This document shows, piece after piece, positions 47,978-60,566 of a stretch of 64,000 bases of DNA (position 1 is the stretch's first letter; each line of letters opens with the position of its first letter). This stretch comes from Lama glama. Lineage: Eukaryota. The position numbers and the translations under genes are program-made. The DNA is taken from assembly GCA_028534125.1 (NCBI GenBank), contig CM052816.1, forward strand, positions 5,210,001 to 5,274,000, in the 5' to 3' direction. The notes below the pieces were generated by a model. That model did not search any database, had not been told where the DNA came from, and saw nothing but the letters and a program-made list of their open reading frames with translations.

Positions 47978-50900
47978 CTGACGGGAAGCAAATTAAAGTC
48001 AGAGTTGCCAATTCCAGGGAAACAGCAACAGGGATCTGTCAAACTGTGGGGCTCCTCTCCCTGATGAGGCACTGGAGGGAGAAGAACAAGATGCAGCCCG
48101 GAATTTCCAGAGTTACTACCGGGCTGCAGAAGGAGACGCCCTCACAGAGAACACTACCGTCACACTGGGCGGTGCACTATAAACCAAGTCCCCCTGAGCA
48201 GTAAAGACGACAAACAGGACGCATTCAGCAAAGGGAGAGGTCTCTGAGGCTGAGCTAGCCAGGGTGCAGGGCGGGCTTGGAGGCAGACAGGAAGCATTCC
48301 AGGTGCTAAGAGCCCACACTTAAGTTTCAAATGAGGCTGACTGAAGGCGGGAGTGAGGAGGCCCCGCGGAGACCCTGTCACTCCCTGGGTAGGAGCATCA
48401 CAAGAAATTCAGGGGTAGTGGGTGCGAGAACAGCTTGGACTTTCCTTCAGACAAGACGGAGTCCCCCAGGGTCTCTGAAGCAGGAGTGATATGACATTTT
48501 CAGACCTATAGGAGCTAGGACCTTTCACTGGGCTGGAATGCACTGCCCCTGGGAGCAGGAGAGTAGGGACTGTACGGGACATTTTATTTTTACACTGACA
48601 ACAGCTACTATTCTGAAAAACTTTTATTTCTGTCTCAATTTATAATTCTTGCATCACCACACATCTGATCCACAAGGGGAACCACAGAAAAGAAGCTGGA
48701 TACTCCTGCTGATTGTCTAATGCAGGCTAGAGGCGTAACAATAAGCCAGAGTGGCAACAGCAGCTCAGATGTGACCAACGGGTTTTTATTAAGAATGTAA
48801 GTACCATGGTCGGCTGGAGGAACCATTCCAAAACCTAACCAACTGAATGGCTGTGTAAATGACTCGGGGTTGGTGACATGGAACCAGATGTTGCACAAAT
48901 GTTCTTCTGAATTTGAGCTTGTTCCTCGAGTGCTTAAAGATAAAAAAGTAAGCTGATAGGAAATCAGCATAATTAATTCAGGCCTTTTCATGGAGAAAAT
49001 AATGAAAACTGCTTTTTATTCAGATGAATTAGCACTTTCATGTGGTTGGATCAGTGAGTCATGAGTAGTTTTAAGTCTATACTGTGATTGTGTCTTGTAG
49101 GCAGCAGGTATCCAGTACATGCTGTTGCATCGACATGGGCAGCCCCTTGTATCTAAAAGCAGCTTAGGCCAGTAAAAGCCACATGTACACATGGTTACAA
49201 ATTGGAATAGCTTTGCCAGATTCCCCTCTGTCAAAGGCCTTTCAGACACAGCACGTGTCATTGTCCCAAAGAATACTGTCTAGTTGACGTATAGACTACT
49301 GGACGAGCTTTCATCAGGGCAGAAAGCACACACACAGCCCCTCTACATCCCTGACAGGAACCCGGCACTCAGGTTGGCTAGAACCACATGGAAAATTTGA
49401 GACTAAGCTGCTCCTCAAATTCACAGGGTATCAGCCTTGGAAAAAGAACAGGCAGAAGAAGTGATTTCCTAAAGCTGTGGCTGGGAGATTTCAGGTTAGG
49501 ACATCAGAGTAATGAAACCTTAGATGGAAGAGAACTTAGCAACCACCAGTAACCCCCTGGTCCCATCTCACTTTCAAGAGGGATAAACTCAAGCCACCAC
49601 TCAAGAGTGGGAAAATGACCCGGCCAAGGTCATCTAGGCCTTCCGACCCTTGCCATGTGTCCCTTCCTACTCCCACATTTTCCTTACACTATTCTCCACT
49701 TCCACTTTTCTCCAGAAAAAAAGCAGATATATGTCAATTGGAGGGATGTCTGAAAGCTTATTATATCTTAATAAATCACAGAACACCGCCAATGTCTACA
49801 TGAAAGGAGCTGAATTGTGTGAGCTGGGTTTAAGGTGCTATTACTTACAAAAGTTCTCTGCTAAACCCTTTTACAAGATAAATAGTCATTATTTCTTATT
49901 CACCATTTTCAAGTACATACTGGTTTTCAGAAATTTCAGAGCTCAGTGGCCTCTGGGGAGTTAGGGGTGGAGGAAGGAGAGCGGTAGAAAAGGCTCTAGT
50001 GGTTTTTTTTTCCTGTTTCACTTTCTGCAACAGCTAAAAATTCTTGTAACACAGCAGTTACTTAGAATTGAATTCCTGTCCAAGCCTGTGAGAATGAAAT
50101 AGAATCCCTTTCAGAAATAATGACTCTATAACACCGCCTTGAAACAAACCATGAGTGATTCTACCTGGAAACCCTACTCCTTCAGAAACATTACCTTTTG
50201 GGCACTATAATACCAGGCTCAGGCTGCCTCTCTTCTAGACAATGTGTGTAGAAGGGTCAACACAGCCCAACACAGGCTTTCCAGTGGGGTCACAGGCAAA
50301 TGCAGCTCTGGCTGCAGCAGCACAATTTTCAGACGGTAGGCTTAAAAGAACTGGAAATTTCTTTTTTTCGAGGACTGGAAAATATTATTATTAGCTGCTT
50401 AAGTAAAGGCACCCAACAACCTACACAGAAGGTGGGCAGTGTTTCCATGAGGATGAATTCACTGCTGTCTTAGAATTACGCATTTCACTTCAACACGTGT
50501 CCCAATCCAGGCCACCTTAGTGTCTAGCCGGTTGCTGGCTCTCAGATGAATTCCTTTCATTCCTTTATTCATTTATTGATAGAGACTTATAATAAGAAGC
50601 CCATTAACTCACCCCTAACCATTTAAAAAATGCATCTGTCCATTCAAGACTTGCAAATATAATCATTAACTTAAGAGAAAACTGGGGGTGGGAGGGATGA
50701 GCCTGAGGAAAGGGTAGGAAGATTTTTTTATTTAATAAATACTTAATCAAGGCTTAGGTATGGGGCTTGGAAGTAAATCAGACAACGGATTTAAGAAACT
50801 AACCAGCCTCTTACGTGCTGTGTGACTTTGGCACCGTCATTTCCTATCCCTGGGCCTCAGTTTCAGCACCAAAATCAGAAATGGAAAAGTGGGTCTCCTT

Positions 50901-51699
50901 TCAGTTTAAGGAGAAATCGCTGATTTCCCCCAATGCCCACTCCCAAAGAGGAAATTTTGGTCCTAAAAGAGAATGGATGTCAACTACCCAATCTCTTGGC
51001 CGGTCTACCCAAATATTAAATACCCTACTAATTTATTTCCAATTCCTAATCAAGAGGCAGCCACTTAAGGCTCGCAGCAACAGATGTTAAGCTAAAAAGT
51101 TCTTAATTGGTTGACAATAGGTGCATCTTTAGAATACTTAACTAGAAGTGGTGAAATCACCCAGGAAAACTTCTCTATTCAAATTTAAATTACCTACCCC
51201 ACCCTCCCGGGCATTTCTGAAAAAAAGTTACCCCTATAAAAATGGATTTTTTTCCTTCCAGTCTACAAGAGCCACCTCCCAAGACCTGGTCTTGGCCTTA
51301 CTTCTGCCACATCCGTGAAAAATCCCATTTCCCCACAGCTGCCTGCGAAGAGGCGAGCTCGGTGACCCTCTGCAGAAGCTGAGGCCGCGGCAGGCAGGGA
51401 AGTAACTGCCACCTTTCCTTTTCGGAAGGAATAACAGGGATCCGAGGAGGGAGAAGTTGGAGAAGAGCCGGGTCCCTTCAAATCACCCCCGCCCTAATAT
51501 CTGCTCCTTCGTGGGCCAACAAAATGAACCCACCCCTTCCCGCTCCCGTATCTAAACCAATAAAACTAACCAAAAACTAGTGTCAAATCTTCCCAGGCAA
51601 GAAGGGTCCTCGGAGCCTCCCCCTCCCCAACCTCCTGGATCTGGGAAGCGACCCAGTTAGAGCCTGTCAGAGCCCAGCGGCCTTTGCAAGCTCGAGTCC

Positions 51700-53000
51700 A
51701 ACTCCTCAGTTTGCAGATAAAGGGCGGCGAGGGCCCCGGGGTCCGGCCCGCAGCCCGGGGCAGCTGCCCGAGAGCGGCCGTGCGCCCGGGCCCAGCCGGC
51801 GGCGGGGGCGGACTCACGCTCTTGTCGATGTCCAGCTTGAGTTTCTTCTGCGAGATGCTCTTCTGGACCCTCTTGCTGAAGGAGGCGTTGCCCGCGGGCC
51901 GGACGCAGCGCTCGCCGTCCTCGATGAGGCAGCAGCTCTGGCCGTAGCCCGGGGCGGCGGCGGGAGCAGCGGGGGGCCCTTCGCGGCTGTCTTCCTCGGT
52001 GCTAAAGCCGTTCATCTCCCCGCCCCGGGCCGGCCCCTCTGGGGGAGGGTCCCCCGTAGGCCACTCCGCGGCCCCGCTCCCCGCGGGGCAGGTCGCCTAG
52101 ACCCCCGCACTCGAGGGTCCCAGAGTCCGTCTCCAGACGAGGCGCTGCCCTGCTCCGCGCCCGGGAGGCCCGGCTCTGCTCCGCCGCTCTCCGGCTCTTT
52201 CGGCCCCCGCCGCCGCGTCTCCGCCGAGCCCCTTCTTCTCCGCCCGCGGCCCCGGGGTCGACTCCCGCGGCTCGCAGGGCCCCGCAGGGAGTCACCTGGA
52301 GGTGGCTTCTGCCGGGGACCCTGAACCGTTACCCTTCGGCGGGGACGTCCGGGAGGGCGTCCCAGGAAGCAGCCGCTCCCCGGGGACTCCGGGCCCGGGT
52401 TGCCAGCGGGGTTCGAAGGGCCCCCGCCGGCTCCCGCCTTCTTTCTGCAGCCAGGCAAACTCGCTGCCGGGCAGCTCCCCCGGCGTGGCACGGCCTCCCG
52501 GCGCGGGGCCCGGCCTCGAACCCGCGGCGCCCGGGCCCCGCGGCGCGTCCGGCCCGCCCCACCCCTGCAGCCGCTCGGCTGCACCCCGAGTCCCGCGGCA
52601 GCCCCTGGGCCGCCCGGCCGCCGCCCGCCCAACGCTCCGCACCACAACAGTTCGCTCCCCCCGCCCTCCGCGGGGCAGCGGAAGTCCTGCCTCCTCACGT
52701 CTATTGGCCGTGTTCGCTCTATGGGCGGGGCCCCCGCCGCCGCTGACATGTCCCATTGGACCTCACGGCCGCCAGTCCCCGGCGCCAGGCTACTTCCTGG
52801 ACTCTGCTGGGATGGGTTCAAAGTAGAGAAAGTGGAAGAAGGAAGAGTTCCCTGGGTGAGGGAGGGGAACCCGGCCGCAGACTCTCCGGGCCCGGGGAGG
52901 GATGGTGAGCAGAGGCCTGGCAGGACGGACGGCTGGACTGCAGGAACAGAGGATCACCTTCGGGGGCGGACAGAAGTACAGACGTGGGCGGGGGCACAGA
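51700..53000. promoter_or_regulatory. SAP30L: SAP30L CpG-island promoter (TATA-less; ETS, two CCAAT boxes, GC box)
   Basis: Very high CpG density. CGGAAGT 52679-52685, ATTGG 52703-52707 and 52755-52759, GGGCGGG 52723-52729. Confidence 0.88.
51818..52015 (-). CDS. SAP30L: SAP30L (Sin3A-associated protein 30-like) coding exon 1 (66 aa; total protein 182 aa)
   Basis: [66 protein letters not shown]; donor AGC|gtgagt. All four exons join in phase 0. Confidence 0.98.
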
Positions 53001-54699
53001 GGGACAGACACGCGGAAGGGCATACGAGGGGGAACCTAAAGGGGTTGGGGGTACTGTCATGAGAGGGACAGACGGGGTAAAACGGGAGGACCAGGACCAA
53101 AGGACTTGGAGACCGGCGGGAGTTACGGTGGGTGAGACAGGACATAAAGACAGTCATGGCGGGAAAGACAGAGGGACAACCGCACAGATACGTGGAAAGA
53201 CGTGCAGAAGAGATGATGAGGGTCTGATGGCGGTTTTTGCAAGGTAGTCAAGCTTGGGGGTGGCCGCGACTCCCCACTGGGGAGACTGAGACTGACTTGG
53301 TCGGCGGGGAAAGAGAAGGGGAGGGGGAAGGGAACCCCAGAAGCTTGGATGACCCCTCCGCTGGAAGAATCGGAAGTTGGGATAAGGTGTGGAGGAGGGT
53401 GGACTAAGTGAACCGCGGGAAAGAGGAGGGGCTGCGGAGGAGATGCAGAAAAGGCTGGGCCAATCTCGGCTTGGGGAAGAGATTGCCGTATTTTGGGCCC
53501 TCCCTGGAGCTCTGTAAACTGTAGCTTCTATTGCTTTAAGCCTCCGGGTTTACCGGCGAGGTGACCGCGCCCAGCCGAGCCCCGGAGACCAGGGCGTCAC
53601 ACACACCCGTAAGGGCCATAGGGAAATCCTCTAATCTAGCACGCCTAGTCAGACCACCTCTCCACGGGGCAGCCTGGGGACAAATGAGGGCCAAAGGCCG
53701 GAAGGGACTAGCCTAGAATCTTGCAGTTATGCAGTCTTAGGGCTGGGCTGCATTTTCTCTGGGGGAGGGGCGTGAAGGGGGTTTGGGGAGCGATAGCCAA
53801 GCACGTGTACCTATTTTGGTAGTACTTGGTGGCACTGAGGAGGCTTCTGGTTAGTGTCTTGTTGAAAACGGAAAGCTACCAGTTTTCCATGTTTAGAAGC
53901 AAATGCCCTGTGATCTTAAATTTTCCTCAGTGGCCTTAAACGTATTTGTACCCTCTAGCCTAGTAATGTCACATGTGGGACAGCCATATTTGGAAACTGG
54001 GGTTGTTTATAATGGGAAAAATTGCAAAAAGAACCTAAAAGTTCCACAAGCGAAGTGGTGAAATCAACAACCTGACATCTTCAGAATGAGATATTTTGCA
54101 GTCATTTATGACGTTTTCAGCCTTTAAGGTAGATTCAACATCAATGTGAACATTTTCTATATGTAATAATTCACCATGGACTCTTCAACAAAGAGATAAG
54201 TTGGAGAAACGCTTTATTTATACTAAGTTTACAGTGCAGGATATAACATTGCATTTGGGATATGATGTGTGTACATCTATTTTTTTAAAAAAAGAAAAAA
54301 GAACAACTATTTGTGCATAAGAAATACACCAAAAGTACTAACAGTAACTATTTCTGGGTAGTGGAGATACGGTTGGTATTTTTCTCCTTTTTTTCTACCT
54401 TTGCGTTTTCTCCAATAACATGTCTTGCCCTTACAGTAGGAAAAAATCCAAAGAGAAATTAATGGAACAAAAGCAAGTTTAATAGGATTCTTCCCTCAGA
54501 GTTCATATATTCAAAAGTCAATTATTGAGCATATAGTGTTTGAGGCTTGGCCACAGGAAGAAGATGAAACATACTCCTTGCCTTAAAAGAGTGTATCTTC
54601 CAGCAGGGGTGCTCAGACATACAATCGGGTATGTGAACAAGGCAGTGTGTGATGTTGGTTTCAAAGTTGATCGATATGGATAAGGGCTCTTATGTTTCC

Positions 54700-55000
54700 C
54701 ACGTATTATTTGTTTCAAAATAGCATTTGCATCCAGTGCCAGGCTAATGCAGAACACACACCATCCTCCCCTGGCACCACCCTCTGAGGGGAGGGGGGCC
54801 TTTTCTTGTGTGCTCTGCCTTAGCCCTAGGTGTATTGTCTGCTCCTTCTAACTGCAACCTGTATTCTTTAGCGTTCTCTTTACTTCTTACTAGGCACTGC
54901 CTCCTTACTATGTTCCTCTGATATAATTAATAAAGCTTTATCTTAACCTTTCCCTGTTCAAATTACGGTGTGGTTTCTGTCTCCTAATTACCCCCAGCCT
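54700..55000 (+). mobile_element. ERVL-type LTR 3' fragment
   Basis: attaataaagctttatctt...ttccctgttcaaattacggtgtggtttctgtctcct, typical of an ERVL LTR R/U5 end. Confidence 0.5.
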
Positions 55001-55096
55001 CTATGTAATTTTTTTTTTTTTGCAGGTGGAGGGGGACATGCTTTTAACTATTCCTTGTGTACAAATCCCTATTTTGTAGTCTTTCTTCCATGTATA

Positions 55097-55255
55097 ATTT
55101 TTTTTATTGAGGTATAGTGGATTTATTATATTAGTTTCAGGTGTACAACGTAGTGATTCAAAGTTTTTACAGGTTATACTCCATTTGTAGTTATCATAAA
55201 ACATTGGCTGTATTCCCTGTGCTGTACAATGTAGACTTGTCGCTTATTTATTTAT
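55097..55255 (-). mobile_element. LINE-1 3' end fragment
   Basis: ttttttttattgaggtatagt...tattagtttcaggtgtacaac...tattccctgtgctgtaca is the reverse complement of the L1 tail seen elsewhere in the window. Confidence 0.88.
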
Positions 55256-56019
55256 TTATTTTTGCATTTTGAAATATTCTTTTAGTTTTTTTCCTATGTT
55301 CTTTTTTTTTCAGTCTTTCTTCACTGACTGCTTTATCATAAGTGTTCCCTATGTTGTTATGTAGGTTGGCTCCAAATAGCAATATCTGGGAAAAATTATG
55401 ATTCCCTTACTAGGGGAGTAAATCTGTAACTCTAGAAAGGAAATATAAATAAATATTCAGATAATGAAGGAATGAATCCAGGAGAGAAACTTCTGTGATC
55501 TTGTTCTCCTCTGAGTAGGATTTAAGATTCTTGAAATGGCCAAGAGAATCTGACTCACTACATTTCTAAGTTTAGGTAATTAATACAAAACAGTTGCTTA
55601 AGTGCTTAGAAAGATCTGGCTTTTTAGATTTGTAAGTCTGCTCTGCTGGGCATTTAAAGTGTTTGAGAAAATCAGGCATATTAAATTTGTAATTGTAGTC
55701 TGAAATGTCTAAGGAAATTTGATTAATTAAGGCTGTAAGTCTGTTAAATGTTAAAGGAGGACTGGATCTATTAAACTTGAGAATTAATTTAGTAGTAACA
55801 ACAGAACAAGTGAAAGTGATTGTTCTTATCTTTATATGAAAAATTACTAGATTTATAATGGAATAACAAGATTTCTAAATTGAACTTAAAGCCTTTAAGA
55901 AAAGCTAGGTTTTAAAAATGGGCAACTTGAGTCTGTAACCATAACATTCTTTTCCACACCCCAACTTACCCCCAGATATTTAAAATTGCAGGTCGATAAC
56001 CCCCAACTTTATAGTTCTA

Positions 56020-56810
56020 GCTGAGATCTCTCCTCTCAGCCCCAGATAACATCTCTTTGCTCGGACTGCTCCAGAGGCATCGTAGACCAAGATGTTCAAG
56101 TTAATCTGCTCTGACACCCAAATCCATAAACCGTGCAGCCTGTACCACCCTTGACTCTGCCGTCCTCTCACCCTACTCCAAGCCAACCCATCATCGAGGC
56201 TGTTTCTTCTACTGCCCATAGATTTGTAGAATCTGTCCCCTTTATTTTCTGCATCCCAGTCACCATCATCTTTTGCCTGAAGGGTTTCACTGGCCTCTGA
56301 GCTGGTCCCTACATCCATCTCTCTCTCTCTCATCTACACAAACCAGGCTGTGCCACACCCTCCTTACGACCCCTTACCAGCTTCCCAGTGCGTTTGGACA
56401 GTGCCCCGTTCCATCCATCTGCCCTGTTTCCCACACCTCAGCTCTGTTCATTTTCCTTAAGTTCCTTGAATAAGCCAAGCCCCTTCCTGCCTCGGGGTCC
56501 CTGCCTTAGCAGATCCCTTTGCCTGGAATGCTGTTCTTATTCTTCCACGCTGGCTCCATTCTTCAGGTCTTAATTTAAATGTCACCTCCCCAGAGAGTCT
56601 TCCCTGATTAAGGGGTTGATTCCCCCTGCCCATCACTGTTCTCTTAATGTCTTTTCTTATTAGCGTTCATCCCCAAATGCACTTATTCTCTTTTATTATC
56701 ATTATTTTTGTCATGTGACTGTCTCTCCCATTACAGTACAATCTCCACGAAGGCAGGGACCATGTCTGTATTATTTGTTGCTCTAGCTCTGGTGCACACA
56801 ACACTGGTGC
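56020..56810. mobile_element. LINE-2 fragment
   Basis: tttgcctggaatgct...tcttcaggtcttaatttaaatgtcacctccccagagag...ctccacgaaggcagggaccatgtctg, the L2 3' region. Confidence 0.75.
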
Positions 56811-57241
56811 TCCACTTCTGGTGGCTAACGGAGTATGGACTCAGTCAATATTTTTTTCAGTACATTCAGTATATTCAACTATACCGAGATATTTATCAAG
56901 TGAAAAAAAAAGGTGCAAAGCAGTATATAGAGTGTAAGTCACATTTGTATGTCTTGAAAATTGTATACACACATACATATACACTCATATGAAGGATACA
57001 CAAGAAACTAGCCATTGTGGTTGCCTCTGGTGGAGACTGCGGGTCAAAGGAGGAAGGGTGGAAAGAATTTGAAGTTAATAATACTTTTTCCCATTTGAAT
57101 ATTTTACCATGTGCCCATATTTCTTTTATAGTAATAATAATAAGAAAAATATAACCTTTTGGTGGTGTTAGTTAGGCAGTATGGAATACCAGAAAAGTAG
57201 GAAGAATCCCAGAATAAAACAGTCATTTAAATGGAATATAT

Positions 57242-57285
57242 ACATATGCGTGGGCTCTACCACTGAGCTATACCCTTACCCCCTC
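57242..57285 (-). mobile_element. Tailless tRNA-derived SINE head (44 bp) with target-site duplication
   Basis: Minus strand reads gagggggtaagggtatagctcagtggtagagcccacgc (A-box TAGCTCAGTGG). Flanks are aaatggaatatat 57229-57241 and aaatagaatatat 57286-57298. Confidence 0.75.
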
Positions 57286-57419
57286 AAATAGAATATATTT
57301 TGCTTCATGAAAAACCCACAACATTGTCCTTATTTCCCTCATTCCACTGAGGACCTATGACCTCTGGCTCTGGCCCTGGTCTGCAGCCTGGCATCTGTCA
57401 GGCACTGGAGCTACTGGCA

Positions 57420-57660
57420 TTGTAGATAAGAGTGAGGACTCTCCTCAGAGCTCTGGTTTGGATCCCAGCTCTGCCACTTTACCATCTGGAGAAGCGCTGA
57501 CAACTTAAACTGTAAGAGCCTCCGTTTTCTTCATCTGTAAAATGGAATGATAATGGTACTTCCCTGATGGGGCTTTGGTGAAGATCCAGTGTGACCCATG
57601 TAAAGTGCTTAGCCCAGTCTTTTGCACCTAGTAAGTGCTCAGTTAGCGGTAGTAATTATT
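57420..57660. mobile_element. MIR SINE
   Basis: ggtttggatcccagctctgccactt...tcttcatctgtaaaatggaatgataatggtac...gtaaagtgcttagc. Confidence 0.82.
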
Positions 57661-57924
57661 TCCTACCTTACATGCTGACATCTCTAAGCTTCCCATTGTA
57701 CTGAGTTCAGATTTCTGCATGTTAGGGAAGGAGACCTCGTTTTACAAGATGGCAGGGTGCCAACTGTTTCTTTTCCGAAGGGCAGTCTCCATATCCAACT
57801 GCCCAACAATGACTGGAAAAGTACTTGACTATTTTATTGCATCTTAACCTCGATCTTATAAAATTGTGTGAATGGAAAAATGAAAGTACCACCAGTAGTG
57901 ATGGGACGTATGTGCCTATCAAGC

Positions 57925-59112
57925 AAGTGAGAGCAACCATCCACAGAATGGGAGAAAATGTTTGCAAATCATATATCTGATAATAGACTTGTATATAGAA
58001 TACATAGAGAGAACTCTTACAACTCACTAATAAAAAGACAAGCCAATTAAAAAGTGGGCAAGGGGTTTTAAATAGACATTTCTCCAAAGAAAAATGGCCA
58101 CTAAGCACATGAAAAGATGCTCAACATCACTGATCACTAGGGAAATGTAAATTAAAACCACAGTGAGATATTACCTCACACCTACTAGGATGGCTACAGT
58201 CAATAAGACAGAAAACGAGTGCTGGTGAGGATGTGAAGAAACTGAAACCTGCAAATACTGCTGGTAGGAGTACAAAATGGTAAAGCCATTTTGGAAAAAC
58301 AGTTTTTCTGTTTCTCAAAATGTTAAGCGTACAATTACCACATGACCTAGCAATTCAAATGGAAGTATGCCTCTACACAAAAATCTGGGTATGGATGTTC
58401 ACAGCAGCATTATTTGAGATTTGCAGATACTACCTACTATGTATAAAACAGATAAACAAGTTCATACTGTATAGCACAGGGAACTATATTCAATATCTTG
58501 TAGTAACTTATGGTTTGAAAGAATATGAAAACAAATATATGTATGTTCATGTATGACTGAAGCATTATGCTGTACACCAGAAATTGACACAACACTGAAA
58601 ACTGACTAAACGTCAATAAAAAAATATATACACAAAAAAATAATAAAAAGAAAAAGAAATTTAAAAAAGAGCCAAAACTTGGAAACAACCCAAATTATCA
58701 ACTGATGCATGGATAAACAAAATGTGGTCTATCCAGACAATGGAATATTATTCATCTAAAAGAGGAATGAAGTACTGATACATGCTACGATATGGATAAA
58801 TCTTGAAAACATGCTAAGTGAAAGCCAAACAAAAAAGGTCACATATTTTATGATTCTACTTATGTGAAATGTCTAGAGAAGGTACGACCATAGAGACAGT
58901 AAAATTAGCGGTTGCCAGTGGCTGAGGGACTCAGTGGGGCTGGAGAGGGGAGTGATTGCTAACGGGCAATCTTTCTGTGATTGCTAAGGGCTTCTTTCTG
59001 GGGGGAAAAAAGTGTTTCAGAATTAGGAAGTCGTGATGGCTGCACAACCTTGTGAATATACATTGTATTGTACACTTTCAGTGGGTGAATTATGGCTCAA
59101 TAAAGCTGTTTA
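57925..59112 (+). mobile_element. Old LINE-1 3' region (L1MB-like) with a nested younger L1 3' end at ~58412-58668
   Basis: Contains cacagaatgggagaaaatgtttgcaaatcatatatctgataa and gaagtactgatacatgctac, and ends ctcaataaagctgtttaaa. It is interrupted by gagatttgcagatac...gctgtacaccagaaattgacacaacac plus an A-rich tail. Confidence 0.88.
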
Positions 59113-59957
59113 AAGAAGGAAGTATGTGTATCATTAACTCTTTATAATTGATAGAAAGATAAAAATAATTATATTTGTTGAAAGGGATGAATCGTTAGCC
59201 TCCACTGGATGTTCTTAAGCCTGTTTTTCGATTTGTGAATGAATACAATCAAATTGAAGATACATTAGCAAAGACTAGATACATATCATCAAAGATTCTG
59301 TCTGAAAATGCAGGTATAATTAGAAGTGTTATACCAGATTTTGTTACCTGGGAACAGACGTGCACTTTTGACAGAATAAATTTGTTTGACAGAATACATT
59401 TTTCGTTCGGCTTTTGTGCTTTTGACATTAGTCACATTTTCAGAAATGAATATATGTGTGGAAGTAGGGGGCCCATGTATGCTCTGTCATGGGGAAGGCA
59501 CAAGTTTCCTTAGCTCTCTCCACGTCTTTCTTTAATGCTAGATCACCATGCAGGCGTCTAAGGAATGATTCAGCTGGGACTAAGAGACTGTACATAATTA
59601 TGTGGATCACTGGAAAACTCTAATGGCCATGAAAAAAACCAACTTTTGATTTATATATCAGTCTTCTGTAAGTTTGGTCAGGAAAAAGCCCTGGAAAGCT
59701 GTTTTATTTTGACCTTAACTATATACGCATCTAACAGTGACACAAATAACGAGTATTAGTAAATCTCACAAGACTAAAATTCCGGAGGTAGGTGTATGGT
59801 TTATCAGTGGATCAACAATTTCCAACATCCAAATCAGTTCTGCTAAGAGCTGGGGAGAAAATGATGGTGAGGACACAAAGAACCTCACCCTCATGAAGTC
59901 AAGTGGAGGAGAAAGACGTTAAACAATGAAACGCATGAAGCATATAATCAACAATTA

Positions 59958-60566
59958 AGTTAACCCTCATTCACTAATTTCATATTTGCAAACCCGCCCA
60001 CTCACTAAAATGTGCTTGTAACCTCAAAACCCATACCTGCAGGACTTTCGGGGTCACTTGCAGACACGCGCCTGTGTAGAGTGGCGAAAAATTAGACTCA
60101 CCCACCGTGCATGTTTCCAGCTGGGGTCAATTCAGCTCTCGTCCCGGAAACAAGAGTCCTTAGTCTATGCCATGCTTTTTACATTTTTTGGTGCTTTTTG
60201 TGAGTGATTTTGGTTAAAAATGGCCCCCAAGCATTGTGCTTGAGGTGCTGTGTCGTGTTTGTAAGTACAAGAAGGCTGTGATGTGCCTTATGGAGAAAAC
60301 CGATGTGTTAGGTAAGTTTCATTGAGGCAGGAGTTACATACAGTGTTGTTGGCTGAGTTCAATGTTAGTGAGTTAATGATCTATATTAAAGGTGTCTTTA
60401 AACAGAAATGTCCATGAAACAAGGCTTGATGAAATGTTGTGACCAGTGGCTGGCAGGAACCTAACCCCCTGCTTTCCCCTAGGAGCGATGGTTTCGTGTT
60501 CGCTCACTTAATGCCCAGGGTGACTTTATAGTACATAATGGCAGTGAATCAGGAGAACAGGCTGTG
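59958..60566. mobile_element. TcMar-Tigger non-autonomous element (MER82-like)
   Basis: About 610 bp. catatttgcaaa...ctaaaat..ttgtaacc..aaaa; aagtacaagaaggctgtgatgtgccttatggagaaaa; caggaacctaaccc. Confidence 0.7.

Noticed and set aside
51566..51817. C-terminal part of the 149-aa SAP30L ORF
   Set aside because: Intron 1 read-through past the gtgagt donor.
52002..53062. Overlapping 150-270 aa ORFs on both strands
   Set aside because: Pro/Gly/Arg/Ala-rich products of a stop-poor CpG island, with no recognisable domain.
55340..55960. AT-rich stretch resembling ERV internal sequence
   Set aside because: I could not assign it by eye; no gag, pol or env motif was seen.
57252..57285. tRNA gene
   Set aside because: Only the A-box/D-arm portion is present, with no anticodon arm, T-arm or B-box.
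59235..59513. 92-aa ORF with the short direct repeat tttgacagaata twice
   Set aside because: GTG start and no recognisable domain; probably decayed repeat sequence.
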